DNA of 63,959 nt, filler included, from an uncultured bacterium (GTDB taxonomy: Bacteria > CAZSTA01), in assembly GCA_964609495.1 (NCBI GenBank). It is 5 parts of 5 records of this genome, joined end to end, with 100 filler letters (N's around TTAATTAATTAA, not from the genome) between each part and the next. Parts side by side here need not be neighbours in the genome. Positions count along the whole stretch, not along the records: positions 26,849 to 39,884 come from CAZSTA010000097.1; 4 more parts are not named here. One strand, 5' to 3'. The stretch's first letter is position 1. Each line of letters opens with the position of its first letter. Of the stretch, positions 29,312 to 38,827 are shown in pieces. Below the pieces are notes generated by a model. That model saw only the letters and a list, made by a program, of their open reading frames with translations, was not told the DNA's origin and made no database searches. The translations under genes and the position numbers were made by a program.

Positions 29312-29678
29312 ATAGCCCCAAGTGGTTGGAAGGGGAAGTTGAAAACCGGAAATTGCTGGATATGCCTTTGAGAAGAGCAGATATCTTATTTGAAGGGGTA
29401 GGATAGAGGCTAACTGATTAGGTTCTGAAGGCAAGGGATGAAACGGCTGGAATATCCTCGGAAGAGGGAATAGATTGAGCTTTGCAAAGCCTTAGCGATG
29501 TCTAGGAACTCGGAAGAAGATAGGAAAGTGATTTCGGAAATTGCTGGATATACCTAAGAGGAAGGCAGGAGAGAGAATCGCTTAACAGCGATCTTTTGAA
29601 GGCTCTAGGAAGAGGATGGGAAGGCAAGGGAAGGTGAGTAAATGGAACTGGAAGGTTACTTGGGGCTATTTTATTTTT
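29312..29678 (+). ncRNA. Putative novel structured GGA-rich RNA
   Basis: Begins at the expected TSS; ATAGCCCCAAGT pairs with ACTTGGGGCTAT; U-tract follows; 22 GGA; no ORF of 60 aa or more. Confidence 0.6.
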
Positions 29679-29694
29679 AAATCTTGTTTATACT

Positions 29695-30408
29695 ATGAAG
29701 CGAGCAATATTATTTGATTTTGGCAATACGTTAGTCAGCTATTATCATACTGGTGAATTCCCTCCGATTTTGAAGGCGGCGATCCGAGAAGTAAGAGGGT
29801 ATCTGGAATATGAAGGCTTCCCGAAAGTTCCAGATGATCTGCTGGATGCTAGAGTTCAGCAGGAGAACTTTGAATCCAGCGATAGCCGAGTCCGACCATT
29901 AGAGGAGCGTCTTGCCCGCATTTTTGAAATTCTCATAAGTTGCCTCTCCCCCAAGCAAATTGATAATATGTGTAGGAGATTCCTCATCCCCATATTCAAA
30001 ATTGCGAGGTGTTATGAGGATTCCCTAGAAGCGCTCGATATTTTACGGGATCGAGGTTACAAAATAGGAGTTGTATCAAACACGCCTTGGGGAAGTCCTG
30101 CCGAGCCATGGCGGGAAGAGGTCAATAGACATGGAGTAGCTGAGAGGGTAGATTCCATCGTTTTCTGTAGGGATGTCGGATGGCGAAAACCCTCGGAGAT
30201 AATCTTCAAATTCTCATTAAATCAGCTTGGAGTTAGAGAAGAGAAGTGCATTTTTGTTGGCGATTCGATGAAGAATGATATTAATGGAGCCAGAGCTTGC
30301 GGGGTCGAAGCTATTTTGATCGATCGGCGGAATAGGGAGGATAATTCTGATGAAAGCCCTGTCAAGAATATGAGTGAGCTACTTCAAAGATTAGAGAAAT
30401 TAAGGTAA
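29695..30408 (+). CDS. HAD-superfamily hydrolase
   Basis: LFDFGNTL, VSNT, RKP, FVGDSMKNDI. Confidence 0.9.
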   Translation: MKRAILFDFGNTLVSYYHTGEFPPILKAAIREVRGYLEYEGFPKVPDDLLDARVQQENFESSDSRVRPLEERLARIFEILISCLSPKQIDNMCRRFLIPIFKIARCYEDSLEALDILRDRGYKIGVVSNTPWGSPAEPWREEVNRHGVAERVDSIVFCRDVGWRKPSEIIFKFSLNQLGVREEKCIFVGDSMKNDINGARACGVEAILIDRRNREDNSDESPVKNMSELLQRLEKLR

Positions 30409-30463
30409 ATATTCTACCCTATTCCTATGGTTATAGAATTTGGAACTTTCTAGCCTTTCTCAC

Positions 30464-31957
30464 TCAGTTCTCTCTCTTCTCCTCCCTCTCTCCCTCGGTG
30501 ATAATAGCTCTGGGAGAACCACCCTCCTGTCTTCCTATCTGCAATCCCATAACTCGAAAAGCATACTCCAGACCCCTCTGTAAATTCTGCTGGGTCGCTA
30601 TCCCGGTCAAATCCACCCCTAAGTGCACTATCGTCTGAGCTACCTCTGGTCTGATACCCACCATTATCACTTCCGAACCCAGCAACCTTGCCGCCTTCGC
30701 TACCTGCAACAGATGATTCGCTACTCCCGTGTCCATCACGGGCACCCCCGTAATGTCCATTATCACCACACTCGCCTGATATTGAGCTATAGAACTCAGC
30801 ACATTCTCCATTATCTGCTGGGCTCTCTTAGTGTCTATCGTTCCCACCAGTGGCAACGCTATTATCCCCTCGTACACCGGCATCACTGGAGTCGACATCT
30901 CTTGTATCGTCTGCACAAGCTTCTTCTGAGACTCACTTGCCCTTGCTAGCTCCTCAATCCGCAGGTTGGCCTCTTCAATGAGACGAGCATTCTCCAAGGC
31001 TATCGCTCCTTGAGCAGCTAAAGCAGTGCAGATCGCTCCATCTCGCTCCGTAAATCCACCTTCTTTGTTGATAACCAAGAGACTACCTAGCATCCTCTCT
31101 CCGGCCTTCATAATACCGATTAATATGTCTCTGATCCCAGAGCTTTTAAATGACTCTCTCACATAAACTGTAAAAGGATTCTCCATAATGTCATTAAGGA
31201 TCAAAGGCTCTCCCATAAACCATTTTCTTATATTCTCAGGATTACTCCTTTGGAAGCCATCAGCAGAGACGTAATATCTCTCGATCTCCTCATCACTCAT
31301 ACCATATCCAGGAGGATCACCAATTGTCGATCCATCTTCTTTCGTAACAGATATAATCGCCTTCTCAGCTCCCAGCAACTTTGCTGAGTATGAAGTCATA
31401 GCCAGATATATCTCTTGCTTATCAGTCAAGGAGCTGATCTTTTGCATAGCCTCCTGCAACATATTCGCCTCCTCCAACTGATCCTGAATATCAGCCTCTC
31501 TCCCCTTCAAGATGAAATCTCTAGATGCTAAGTATAAGCCATATTCCAAAGCCCTGCTTAGGATTGAGAGCTCTTCAGGAGTTCCCCTTGCCTTTACCAG
31601 ATGACTATATATCTCGCTGTGCATAATAGATGCCGAGACCGATGTGGATAGAAAACTATCCATATCCAAAGGAATTTGCGAGATAGCATTATCCTTGAAC
31701 ATAACAGCAGCTCTTTCGAAAACTTTTATACCCCCCTTGAATGATTCCACAAACCCCTGAATTACTTGATGATATATCTTTAATGCTTCTTCCCTGCTGG
31801 GTATTAATTCTCTCTCGGAAGCTCTAGTCTTCTCGTATAGTTTATACCATCTCTCTGCGATCTCCTGGGTATAAGGGGTAAGCTTCTCCCCTATTCCCTT
31901 CAATATTTGATTTTCCTCTTTTGATAGAGCAAACTCGGATATATTTTGGTATTCCAT
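30464..31957 (-). CDS. RsbR-like STAS protein with GAF domain and helical N-terminal sensor
   Basis: EMSTPVMPV, PLVGTIDTKRA, DITGVPVMDT, GIRPEVAQT; GAF LAAQGAIALENARL. Confidence 0.88.
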   Translation of the reverse strand: MEYQNISEFALSKEENQILKGIGEKLTPYTQEIAERWYKLYEKTRASERELIPSREEALKIYHQVIQGFVESFKGGIKVFERAAVMFKDNAISQIPLDMDSFLSTSVSASIMHSEIYSHLVKARGTPEELSILSRALEYGLYLASRDFILKGREADIQDQLEEANMLQEAMQKISSLTDKQEIYLAMTSYSAKLLGAEKAIISVTKEDGSTIGDPPGYGMSDEEIERYYVSADGFQRSNPENIRKWFMGEPLILNDIMENPFTVYVRESFKSSGIRDILIGIMKAGERMLGSLLVINKEGGFTERDGAICTALAAQGAIALENARLIEEANLRIEELARASESQKKLVQTIQEMSTPVMPVYEGIIALPLVGTIDTKRAQQIMENVLSSIAQYQASVVIMDITGVPVMDTGVANHLLQVAKAARLLGSEVIMVGIRPEVAQTIVHLGVDLTGIATQQNLQRGLEYAFRVMGLQIGRQEGGSPRAIITEGEREEKREN

Positions 31958-32196
31958 CGATCACACCTCCTTTAAGTATCAGCCGATCTTAGCCGAACTT
32001 TGCTGAAGCTGTTTAATATCACCTAAACCAAATTAATTTTTATGTTTTTATTATACCAAAAAATGTTAAATTTTGCCAGTATAAAATTATTCGATTCAAT
32101 TTTTGGGGATAAGGTTTTCTAGTTGGGAGTGATATTTAGATTCTATCCTAATATGGTCTCAAAATTTGTATAGAAGGTAGGATACTCGAGGAGTGA

Positions 32197-32547
32197 TTAT
32201 TCTTCTTCATCATTCTTCTCATTCCATCCATATTTCAGAGCTAAATCACTGTAATCTCTCTTATATAGGAGCTTTATGTTGATATTGGGGTAAAGCTTCC
32301 TTAACTTTCTCAGCTTTCTATTCTTCCTAGTCACTAAGCTTTGCTTCATCGTGGTAAGCTCTATATATAGATCCTCTTCAGGAAGGTAAAAGTCTGGAGT
32401 GAAGGCTTCGGTAATATTCCCCTCTTCATCCCAGGCTAGAGGGAAGGTTTTAGGTTCATAAAGCCACTTTATGTGGTAGAAATCGAGAACTTGAGCAAAT
32501 TCAGCCTCGCTTTTATGAGCAAAGATTATCTCTTTTTCATCACTCAT
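32197..32547 (-). CDS. Small PD-(D/E)XK-like conserved protein
   Basis: SEAEFA, WLYEPKTF, FTPDFYLP...IELTT. Confidence 0.65.
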   Translation of the reverse strand: MSDEKEIIFAHKSEAEFAQVLDFYHIKWLYEPKTFPLAWDEEGNITEAFTPDFYLPEEDLYIELTTMKQSLVTRKNRKLRKLRKLYPNINIKLLYKRDYSDLALKYGWNEKNDEEE

Positions 32548-32604
32548 TTAATAACATCGCTTCCTAATTACTCCTTTATTTATGCTTCTCCTACAACTCC
32601 TAAG

Positions 32605-33738
32605 TTAAGTTTTGTCTATCCTCAAACTGCTTTTTACTCCCTCCACCCTATTTATCTCCTTCAAGGGAAGGGTAGCACTCACTACATAATCCTTCAATTT
32701 ATGATAATTAGTATTAATGCACTCATATATCCCTCTCGTTTGGAAGGATTCGATCATATCCTTTAGTATTTTATCGGCTAATCCCTTCTCTCCCTGCCTG
32801 AGACAGTATGATACCCAGCCAGTGGGAACAGCCCAATAAGCTCCATTCTGATACTCTTCCTTCTTAGCGGCAGGATGAATGATCTTCTCCCAGTAAGTTC
32901 CAGCGATCAGATGTCTTACCTGTCCTTCCATAACTACTTTATCATAGTTCTCTACGAAGAAGTGGCAGATCCTCTCTCGCTGTTCCTCAGTGGTCACTCC
33001 GATGTAAACTGCGTAAGCAGAACCCCAAATATCGGGCTGACGACAATCTCCACTAGCGGCTAAGAATAGGTCTGAGGAATCATCCCATAGACTCTCTAAA
33101 GATTCTTTAACTTGGGCGGCCTCGATTGAGTAAGCCTGTTCAATATCCTCTCTCCCAGTTTCCGCGGCCATCTCGGCCAGGAGGGATGCGGCTTCATAGT
33201 AGAGTAGAGAGGAGAAGAGGAGATTCCCAGTCTTGCCAATCGTGTCAGTAAAGCCATAGGGAGAATGTATCTGTATGGGGTCAATATGCACTAATCCCCA
33301 GATAGATCGGAGGACCGAACGCATAGCCTTAACTAGATGTTCAACGGTATCGAGAAAGAGAGAGGTATCCTTAGTCAGCTTCTGATACTCGCTCAAGATC
33401 TTAACTAAAAACTGGGGATTGTCAGTAGGAGGACGATCTCCCACTACTAGAAATATAGGAAAGCTTTCTTTATCTACTCTATCAGGAATCGCTCCATCAT
33501 CCCTCTGATGCTCTAAAAGAAAGAGATAGGCGGTTCTGATATCCCAAGAGGTGAAGGCTTCGGGGCATCCTTCGATCATATAGCACAGATCGCGAGTCCA
33601 CATAGCATTATAGTGACCACTCGTATCAGGACGAAAGATCGGGATACCAGTTATAGTGACATCTCGGCATTCCTCTATTAGACGGAGAGCCTCTTCCCTT
33701 AACCAGTCACTTCCTTCGATCTTCTTTATCGAAGACAT
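32605..33738 (-). CDS. Six-hairpin (alpha/alpha) glycoside hydrolase-like protein
   Basis: YNAMWTRD, YGFTDT, YQNGAYW. Confidence 0.7.
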   Translation of the reverse strand: MSSIKKIEGSDWLREEALRLIEECRDVTITGIPIFRPDTSGHYNAMWTRDLCYMIEGCPEAFTSWDIRTAYLFLLEHQRDDGAIPDRVDKESFPIFLVVGDRPPTDNPQFLVKILSEYQKLTKDTSLFLDTVEHLVKAMRSVLRSIWGLVHIDPIQIHSPYGFTDTIGKTGNLLFSSLLYYEAASLLAEMAAETGREDIEQAYSIEAAQVKESLESLWDDSSDLFLAASGDCRQPDIWGSAYAVYIGVTTEEQRERICHFFVENYDKVVMEGQVRHLIAGTYWEKIIHPAAKKEEYQNGAYWAVPTGWVSYCLRQGEKGLADKILKDMIESFQTRGIYECINTNYHKLKDYVVSATLPLKEINRVEGVKSSLRIDKT

Positions 33739-33847
33739 ATTATCACCTAGCCTTCATTTCGAGTGATTCTCTAACTTGGTCAGACGAAATCCTCTCTCCA
33801 CTTCAGTATAGCAAAAGTCGAGCAACTTTTCAAGTAATTGACCTTCA

Positions 33848-34039
33848 GAAGCATATAAAATCAGGGATCTGATATCTAAATAGATTCAAGCTAAATCACC
33901 CTCCCCTAACCCCTCCCGTCAAGGGAGGGGAACTAAAGAGAGCAGTCTTATCTGGATGTTCCCTCTCTCCTTGTGGGAGAGGGACAGGGGAGATCATATC
34001 TTGTTTGAAATTACTTAGATTCCCAATTTTATATGCATC
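33848..34039. repeat. 192-bp MITE/REPIN-like element: terminal inverted repeats around two REP hairpins
   Basis: Left GAAGCATATAAAATCAGGGATCT; right end reverse-complements to GATGCATATAAAATTGGGAATCT. Confidence 0.75.
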
Positions 34040-34082
34040 GTTGACCTTCTTCCTTGAGGATAAAATCTATCAATTTTTCATC

Positions 34083-35036
34083 TCACCTGGAATTGTTATA
34101 TTCTCCCTCCCATATCTCGTGAAGTTCATCAGCCATTTCAATAAATCTCTCCTTACCCTCAACCCCCTCGAGCCATCTCTGAGGAATGTTTTCCATTCCA
34201 TTAAAAGCTCCACTTATAGCTCCAGCGACAGCCGCGATAGTATCGGTATCTCCACCTCCTAATACTGCGTTTACCACGGTCTCCTCAAAATCACGGGGAG
34301 TATAGAGAAAGCAGTATATCGCACTAGCGACAGTCTCCAGCACGTAACCTGATACTCCCAAGGTCTTTAGAGCCTCGGAGGGGGTGACTTCATCGGATAA
34401 TAGCTCCTGAGCTAAAACGAGCTTGTTGCTCACCTGTGAATCTCCTAGGTAAGCAACAGTATCCGAGATAGCCGTCTCTGGATTCAGATCTTCCCGAACT
34501 CCTCTAGCCACCAGATAGGCAACAGCCAAAGCTCCCGAGATAGCCTCGCTATTATTATGAGTGATCATTACTCCAATTTGAACCGCCTCTCTCAATCCCT
34601 CAAGATCGCGGTGGTAGAATAATCCGACTGGTGCGATCCTCATCGCTCCACCATTTCCCGCGGCATAATAATCCTCGCTCCCGCTTTTATCCCAGGGATA
34701 TCCTTGTTTAAGGCGAGTTATGGCATAGAGGGTAGTTCTTCCTATGCCTCTCAGATCTCTCGAATCGAACCACTCGATGAACTTACTCGATAGATGTTCA
34801 GGATCAACTTTTCTCCTCTCTATCAAATTCTCCAGATGACATATCATCATTAGCGTATCATCGGTATATTGACCAGCCCTGAGTCCCTGATAGCTCCCTG
34901 ATATGAAATCCTTATTCTGCCAAGCTCCTTTGATCATATCGGATGTCAAACCTTCAAAAGGCATTCCCATAGCGTCACCGATAGCCAATCCTAGTATTGA
35001 ACCTCGAAATTTATCTATCTTGACGTTATCGCTCAT
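34083..35036 (-). CDS. ADP-ribosylglycohydrolase (DraG/ARH family)
   Basis: GDAMG, YTDDT, GNGGAMR, GGDTDTIAAVAG. Confidence 0.92.
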   Translation of the reverse strand: MSDNVKIDKFRGSILGLAIGDAMGMPFEGLTSDMIKGAWQNKDFISGSYQGLRAGQYTDDTLMMICHLENLIERRKVDPEHLSSKFIEWFDSRDLRGIGRTTLYAITRLKQGYPWDKSGSEDYYAAGNGGAMRIAPVGLFYHRDLEGLREAVQIGVMITHNNSEAISGALAVAYLVARGVREDLNPETAISDTVAYLGDSQVSNKLVLAQELLSDEVTPSEALKTLGVSGYVLETVASAIYCFLYTPRDFEETVVNAVLGGGDTDTIAAVAGAISGAFNGMENIPQRWLEGVEGKERFIEMADELHEIWEGEYNNSR

Positions 35037-36373
35037 GATTGCGTCCTCTTTTTGGATAATATCTTATCAGCGAGGTGAATAGCAGTATCTTTAATCATAT
35101 TCCAAGCTTCAGGAGAGAGTCCTGCTGGCATCTGATAGAACATATAGGATGTCTCTACTTCATATCCTCCCTGCTCATAAGCTTCTGGTGAAGGGATATA
35201 GCCAATACATCCATTAGCATATCCGATAAGCAGGGTTGGATACCGCTCAAGTCTCTCCTTTATCTCTAACCCTAGCTTTACAAAGGCCTCTCCTGGCAGC
35301 GCAATAAGCATAGTATCCCCTAGGGTTATAACTTGAACCTCAAAGGGAACTTTTACCACTCTCTTCCCACTCTTCACCAACTCAAGCACCTGCTCAGCCC
35401 AATTCAGCTTATACCAAGCTAGCTTCTGATGTAACTTATCAGCTCCCTCTTTCTCCAATTTATTTGCCTCTTCTCTTCTCTCCTCAACCATGCGTTCCGC
35501 GATCTCCAGGGTAGGGAGCGGGTTGAGGGGTAACTCCAGGGATTCGCTTTCGATATCAAGTTTGATATCGGAGGTGAACGATATCCTCTCCAGAATCTTG
35601 AACGACTCCGCACCTATGATCTGCCCCATCCGTCTTGCCTCTTCGAAACCCTTTAAAGCGTCTCTGGGATTGATATCTCCAGTCGCTCCATTGGTGAACA
35701 TCGCGATGAATCCTTCACCCTTTATCCTCTCCAGCATCTCCGTTGCATATCCGGGATAATCGGCGGAGATGAGGAGATTATCATAACCTAGAACGACTGG
35801 ATGACAGGCATAGTTCATCAAAGCTCCCCTCGGATTTCCCGAGGTATCCTTGATCCCTATCACCCCCAGAGTGTAATCTATTTCGCCCTCCGGGTTACTA
35901 CCAAGTATTATCTCACCTTCACTTGTCCTCTCTCTTCTATTTACGCTTAATCCCTCCAAGCGACTTTGCCCAAAGCCTAATTGGGCCCCTCTCTTGTTCT
36001 TCCAGGCTAGATATGCTACTCCGGCTATCTTCCTCTTCAGGACGCTCAACCAAGCCTGATCAGGAGGAGGATCCTTGCGAGGGATATCAGTTGATGGTCC
36101 GGAGTGCGTGTGAGTAGTCGCAAATAGGATATTCTTCTCCGCGATCCCTGTTCTCTCCTTTACCATCTCCCTCAAGGAAGCTACGAAGTTCGAGCTGACT
36201 GCCAAGAGATCAGCGGTAATGAGCGCGATCTCTTTTTCCCCATCGTCTAAAACCAATGCTCTGGAATAGAGATCATCATGAATCCCTATCGAGGGATTCT
36301 TCCTATCCCAAAATCCTATCAGATCTATCCCCACGGGGGGAGTTATATTAACTTTAGCCATACCAGCCTTCAA
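35033..36373 (-). CDS. Neutral/alkaline ceramidase-like hydrolase
   Basis: NITPP, THTHSGP, NYACHP, SADYPG, GDINP, PGE, GYIP, GGYE. Confidence 0.8.
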   Translation of the reverse strand: MKAGMAKVNITPPVGIDLIGFWDRKNPSIGIHDDLYSRALVLDDGEKEIALITADLLAVSSNFVASLREMVKERTGIAEKNILFATTHTHSGPSTDIPRKDPPPDQAWLSVLKRKIAGVAYLAWKNKRGAQLGFGQSRLEGLSVNRRERTSEGEIILGSNPEGEIDYTLGVIGIKDTSGNPRGALMNYACHPVVLGYDNLLISADYPGYATEMLERIKGEGFIAMFTNGATGDINPRDALKGFEEARRMGQIIGAESFKILERISFTSDIKLDIESESLELPLNPLPTLEIAERMVEERREEANKLEKEGADKLHQKLAWYKLNWAEQVLELVKSGKRVVKVPFEVQVITLGDTMLIALPGEAFVKLGLEIKERLERYPTLLIGYANGCIGYIPSPEAYEQGGYEVETSYMFYQMPAGLSPEAWNMIKDTAIHLADKILSKKRTQS

Positions 36374-36440
36374 TTTCCCGGACAGTTTATCTCATCTCCT
36401 TTTAAATAGCTTTAAGTTCGCTGGGGAGCTTGAGATCTAA

Positions 36441-36478
36441 CCCCCTCACTCTATCCCTCTCCCACTAGGGGAGAGGGT
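36441..36478. repeat. Single REP-like hairpin
   Basis: CCCTCTCCC-ACTAG-GGGAGAGGG. Confidence 0.7.
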
Positions 36479-36495
36479 TTCTTGTTGGTGAATAG

Positions 36496-37677
36496 CTAGA
36501 CCCTTCTTGGAAACTTCGTCAGGATCTCGTGGCCATCCTCGGTGATCAACACTCCCTCCTCCATTCGCATACCACCAAAGGGGAAGTTGAAAAGCCCTAA
36601 GTCGAGAGCGAAAATCATACCCTCTTGTAATACCAAGCCGTTATCAGAGGGCTGACAGTGGGGTCCCTCGCAATGTTGTAATCCTACACTGTGAGCGATC
36701 TGATAGAGCATATACTTCTGATAGCCATACTTATCGATCACCTCTCTACCCGCCTTATCGACTTCACAGCCCTTAACACCTGGCCTCATAAATTTTAAGG
36801 CGGCATCTATAGCCTCGCAAGCGACGTCTATAATTCTGACCAACTCCCTATCCCTCTTCTTACCAGCGATGAAGGTGCGAGCAGTATCGGAGTAATATCC
36901 CTCATAGACCGCCCCTAGATCGATTATCACGAACTCGCCATCCTGTATCTCCTTCCAAGAGGGACGACTGAGGGCCGGGATCGTCTCCACTCCTGAGGCG
37001 ACCATAAAGACATGGGATAGCTGTTCTACCCCCTCTTTGCGCATAGAGTAAGCTATCTCGGTGGCGACCTCAAACTCCTTTTTACCCGGCTTGGCATTCT
37101 TGACCCCGACCTCCAATCCCCTGCTCGCGGTCAGGTAAGCCTGTCTTATCAAGGCGATCTCATTGGGAGATTTCACCGCGCGCATATCGGCTAGGATATG
37201 CGAGGCATCAACGATATTATCCTCTCCCATAATTTGATAGAGCGTTCTCAGGACGAAGGTAGGCATCACGTCGATATCGACCACTCCCCACTTATCGATC
37301 TTGACCTCCTTCTTGATACCCTTGAATATCTCTCCTAGAGGAATCATAACGGAGTTAGGATACTCCTCCCCAGGAATGATCAGATCTGAGCAGACCTCCA
37401 TCTTCTTGATCTTCGATTTTCTCTTAGCCAAAGCCTCGCACTCCGGTCCCACGAGAAGCACTGGCTCAGCTTCCGCCGGGATTATAACTCCTGCGAACTC
37501 CAAGACCGGATTATAATCTGATACATAGCGGATATTAGCTTGGTTGAACTCGTCTCCAGCCATAAAGAGCGCATCGAGCCCTTCTTCTCTGAGCTTACGT
37601 TGAATGGTAGAAATACGCTGTTTAAATTCCTCCTCGGGTATCGGTTTCGGTTGAACTATATCGGTCATAATTATCAT
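36496..37677 (-). CDS. M24 Xaa-Pro peptidase family protein
   Basis: MRAVKSPNEI, IDLG, YYSDTART, HSVGL, GGMRMEE. Confidence 0.88.
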   Translation of the reverse strand: MIIMTDIVQPKPIPEEEFKQRISTIQRKLREEGLDALFMAGDEFNQANIRYVSDYNPVLEFAGVIIPAEAEPVLLVGPECEALAKRKSKIKKMEVCSDLIIPGEEYPNSVMIPLGEIFKGIKKEVKIDKWGVVDIDVMPTFVLRTLYQIMGEDNIVDASHILADMRAVKSPNEIALIRQAYLTASRGLEVGVKNAKPGKKEFEVATEIAYSMRKEGVEQLSHVFMVASGVETIPALSRPSWKEIQDGEFVIIDLGAVYEGYYSDTARTFIAGKKRDRELVRIIDVACEAIDAALKFMRPGVKGCEVDKAGREVIDKYGYQKYMLYQIAHSVGLQHCEGPHCQPSDNGLVLQEGMIFALDLGLFNFPFGGMRMEEGVLITEDGHEILTKFPRRV

Positions 37678-37688
37678 CCTCCTTTTAT

Positions 37689-38762
37689 CTATTGAAGTTC
37701 ACTGAGATCGATCTTGACTGGCTTTCCAGTTTTGACGCTCTCCCAAATTGCCTCGCTTATCTGTAGCCCTCGATAGCCATCCTCCAGATTGGGTTTAGGT
37801 TCGATCCCTTCAATTACACACTTAGCGAAATGGGCTATCTCCTCTCTGAAGCCTATCAAAGTTCCACTGAAATTAGGGGTTGTCGGCATAGGACCGGTAA
37901 CTTCCCAGCCCTGATAGAGATTCCAGACTGGCACTTCCTTGGGTTGTATCCAATCATCTTTGGGATAATATTTAAGGCGGATCATATCATCTACTGCTAC
38001 ATAATGCTCCACTCCAGTTACGCTTAGGAACTCGGAGAGTCTGATCCAACTTTCAAGTGAGGAGAGATTAAGCACTCCTATCGCTCCATTTTCAAAGGTT
38101 ACATTGACGGCGAATCCATAGAGATGATCTCCTCTATCTATGAAATTAGCATAAACCTCGCTCACATTCCCTCCGAAATGGCGAATCAGATCGAAGATAT
38201 GTATCCCCTGCCCAACTAAATAGAACAGCCCATCCTCCTCCATTCCCCAGCCAGCGGGGAAGGGACCATTGGTAAATTTGGCAAAGATATACGATATCTC
38301 TCCAAACTCTGGAGCGCTGGCGATCTGCTTCGCTAGGCGATATCCAGTGGCGAATCTCTTCATAAAGGCGACCATTCCATACTTCCCTTGCTTCCTAGCC
38401 TCTAGGGCGAACTCCTTGGCTTCGGAGGCACTAATAGCACAGGGCTTCTCGGTGAGAACGTGTAATCCTGCTTGCAAACACTTCATCCCCGCCTCTTTAT
38501 GCAACTGGGGAGGTCCCACAATTATAACTCCATCTAGCTCCTCTTTGGATATCATCTCCTCATAGTCGGTGTACCAGCGGAGCGCTCCGAAATTTCGAGC
38601 ATTACGTTTAGCTCGCTCTTCCTTCAAATCACAAGTGGCTATGAGATCGATCTCTGGAATATATGGTATATTCCCATATAGGCACATAGTGGAATGCCTG
38701 CCACAACCGATTAAAGCTAATTTTGCTTGTTTCTTCTGGGACATTGAATTGACTCCTTTCAA
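37689..38762 (-). CDS. Gfo/Idh/MocA family oxidoreductase
   Basis: LIGCG, EKP, KRF, IHIFDL. Confidence 0.9.
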   Translation of the reverse strand: MKGVNSMSQKKQAKLALIGCGRHSTMCLYGNIPYIPEIDLIATCDLKEERAKRNARNFGALRWYTDYEEMISKEELDGVIIVGPPQLHKEAGMKCLQAGLHVLTEKPCAISASEAKEFALEARKQGKYGMVAFMKRFATGYRLAKQIASAPEFGEISYIFAKFTNGPFPAGWGMEEDGLFYLVGQGIHIFDLIRHFGGNVSEVYANFIDRGDHLYGFAVNVTFENGAIGVLNLSSLESWIRLSEFLSVTGVEHYVAVDDMIRLKYYPKDDWIQPKEVPVWNLYQGWEVTGPMPTTPNFSGTLIGFREEIAHFAKCVIEGIEPKPNLEDGYRGLQISEAIWESVKTGKPVKIDLSELQ

Positions 38763-38827
38763 ATTTAGATTGGGAATAGCTTTTCACTCGCCTCCAATGA
38801 CTTATTGGAAGCTCAATAGAAGGTCTT

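Noticed and set aside
29312-29678. tmRNA, RNase P or SRP RNA identity for the GGA-rich element
   Set aside because: No tRNA-like GGGG/CCA ends, no GAGGAAAGUCC, no SRP domain IV context recognised.
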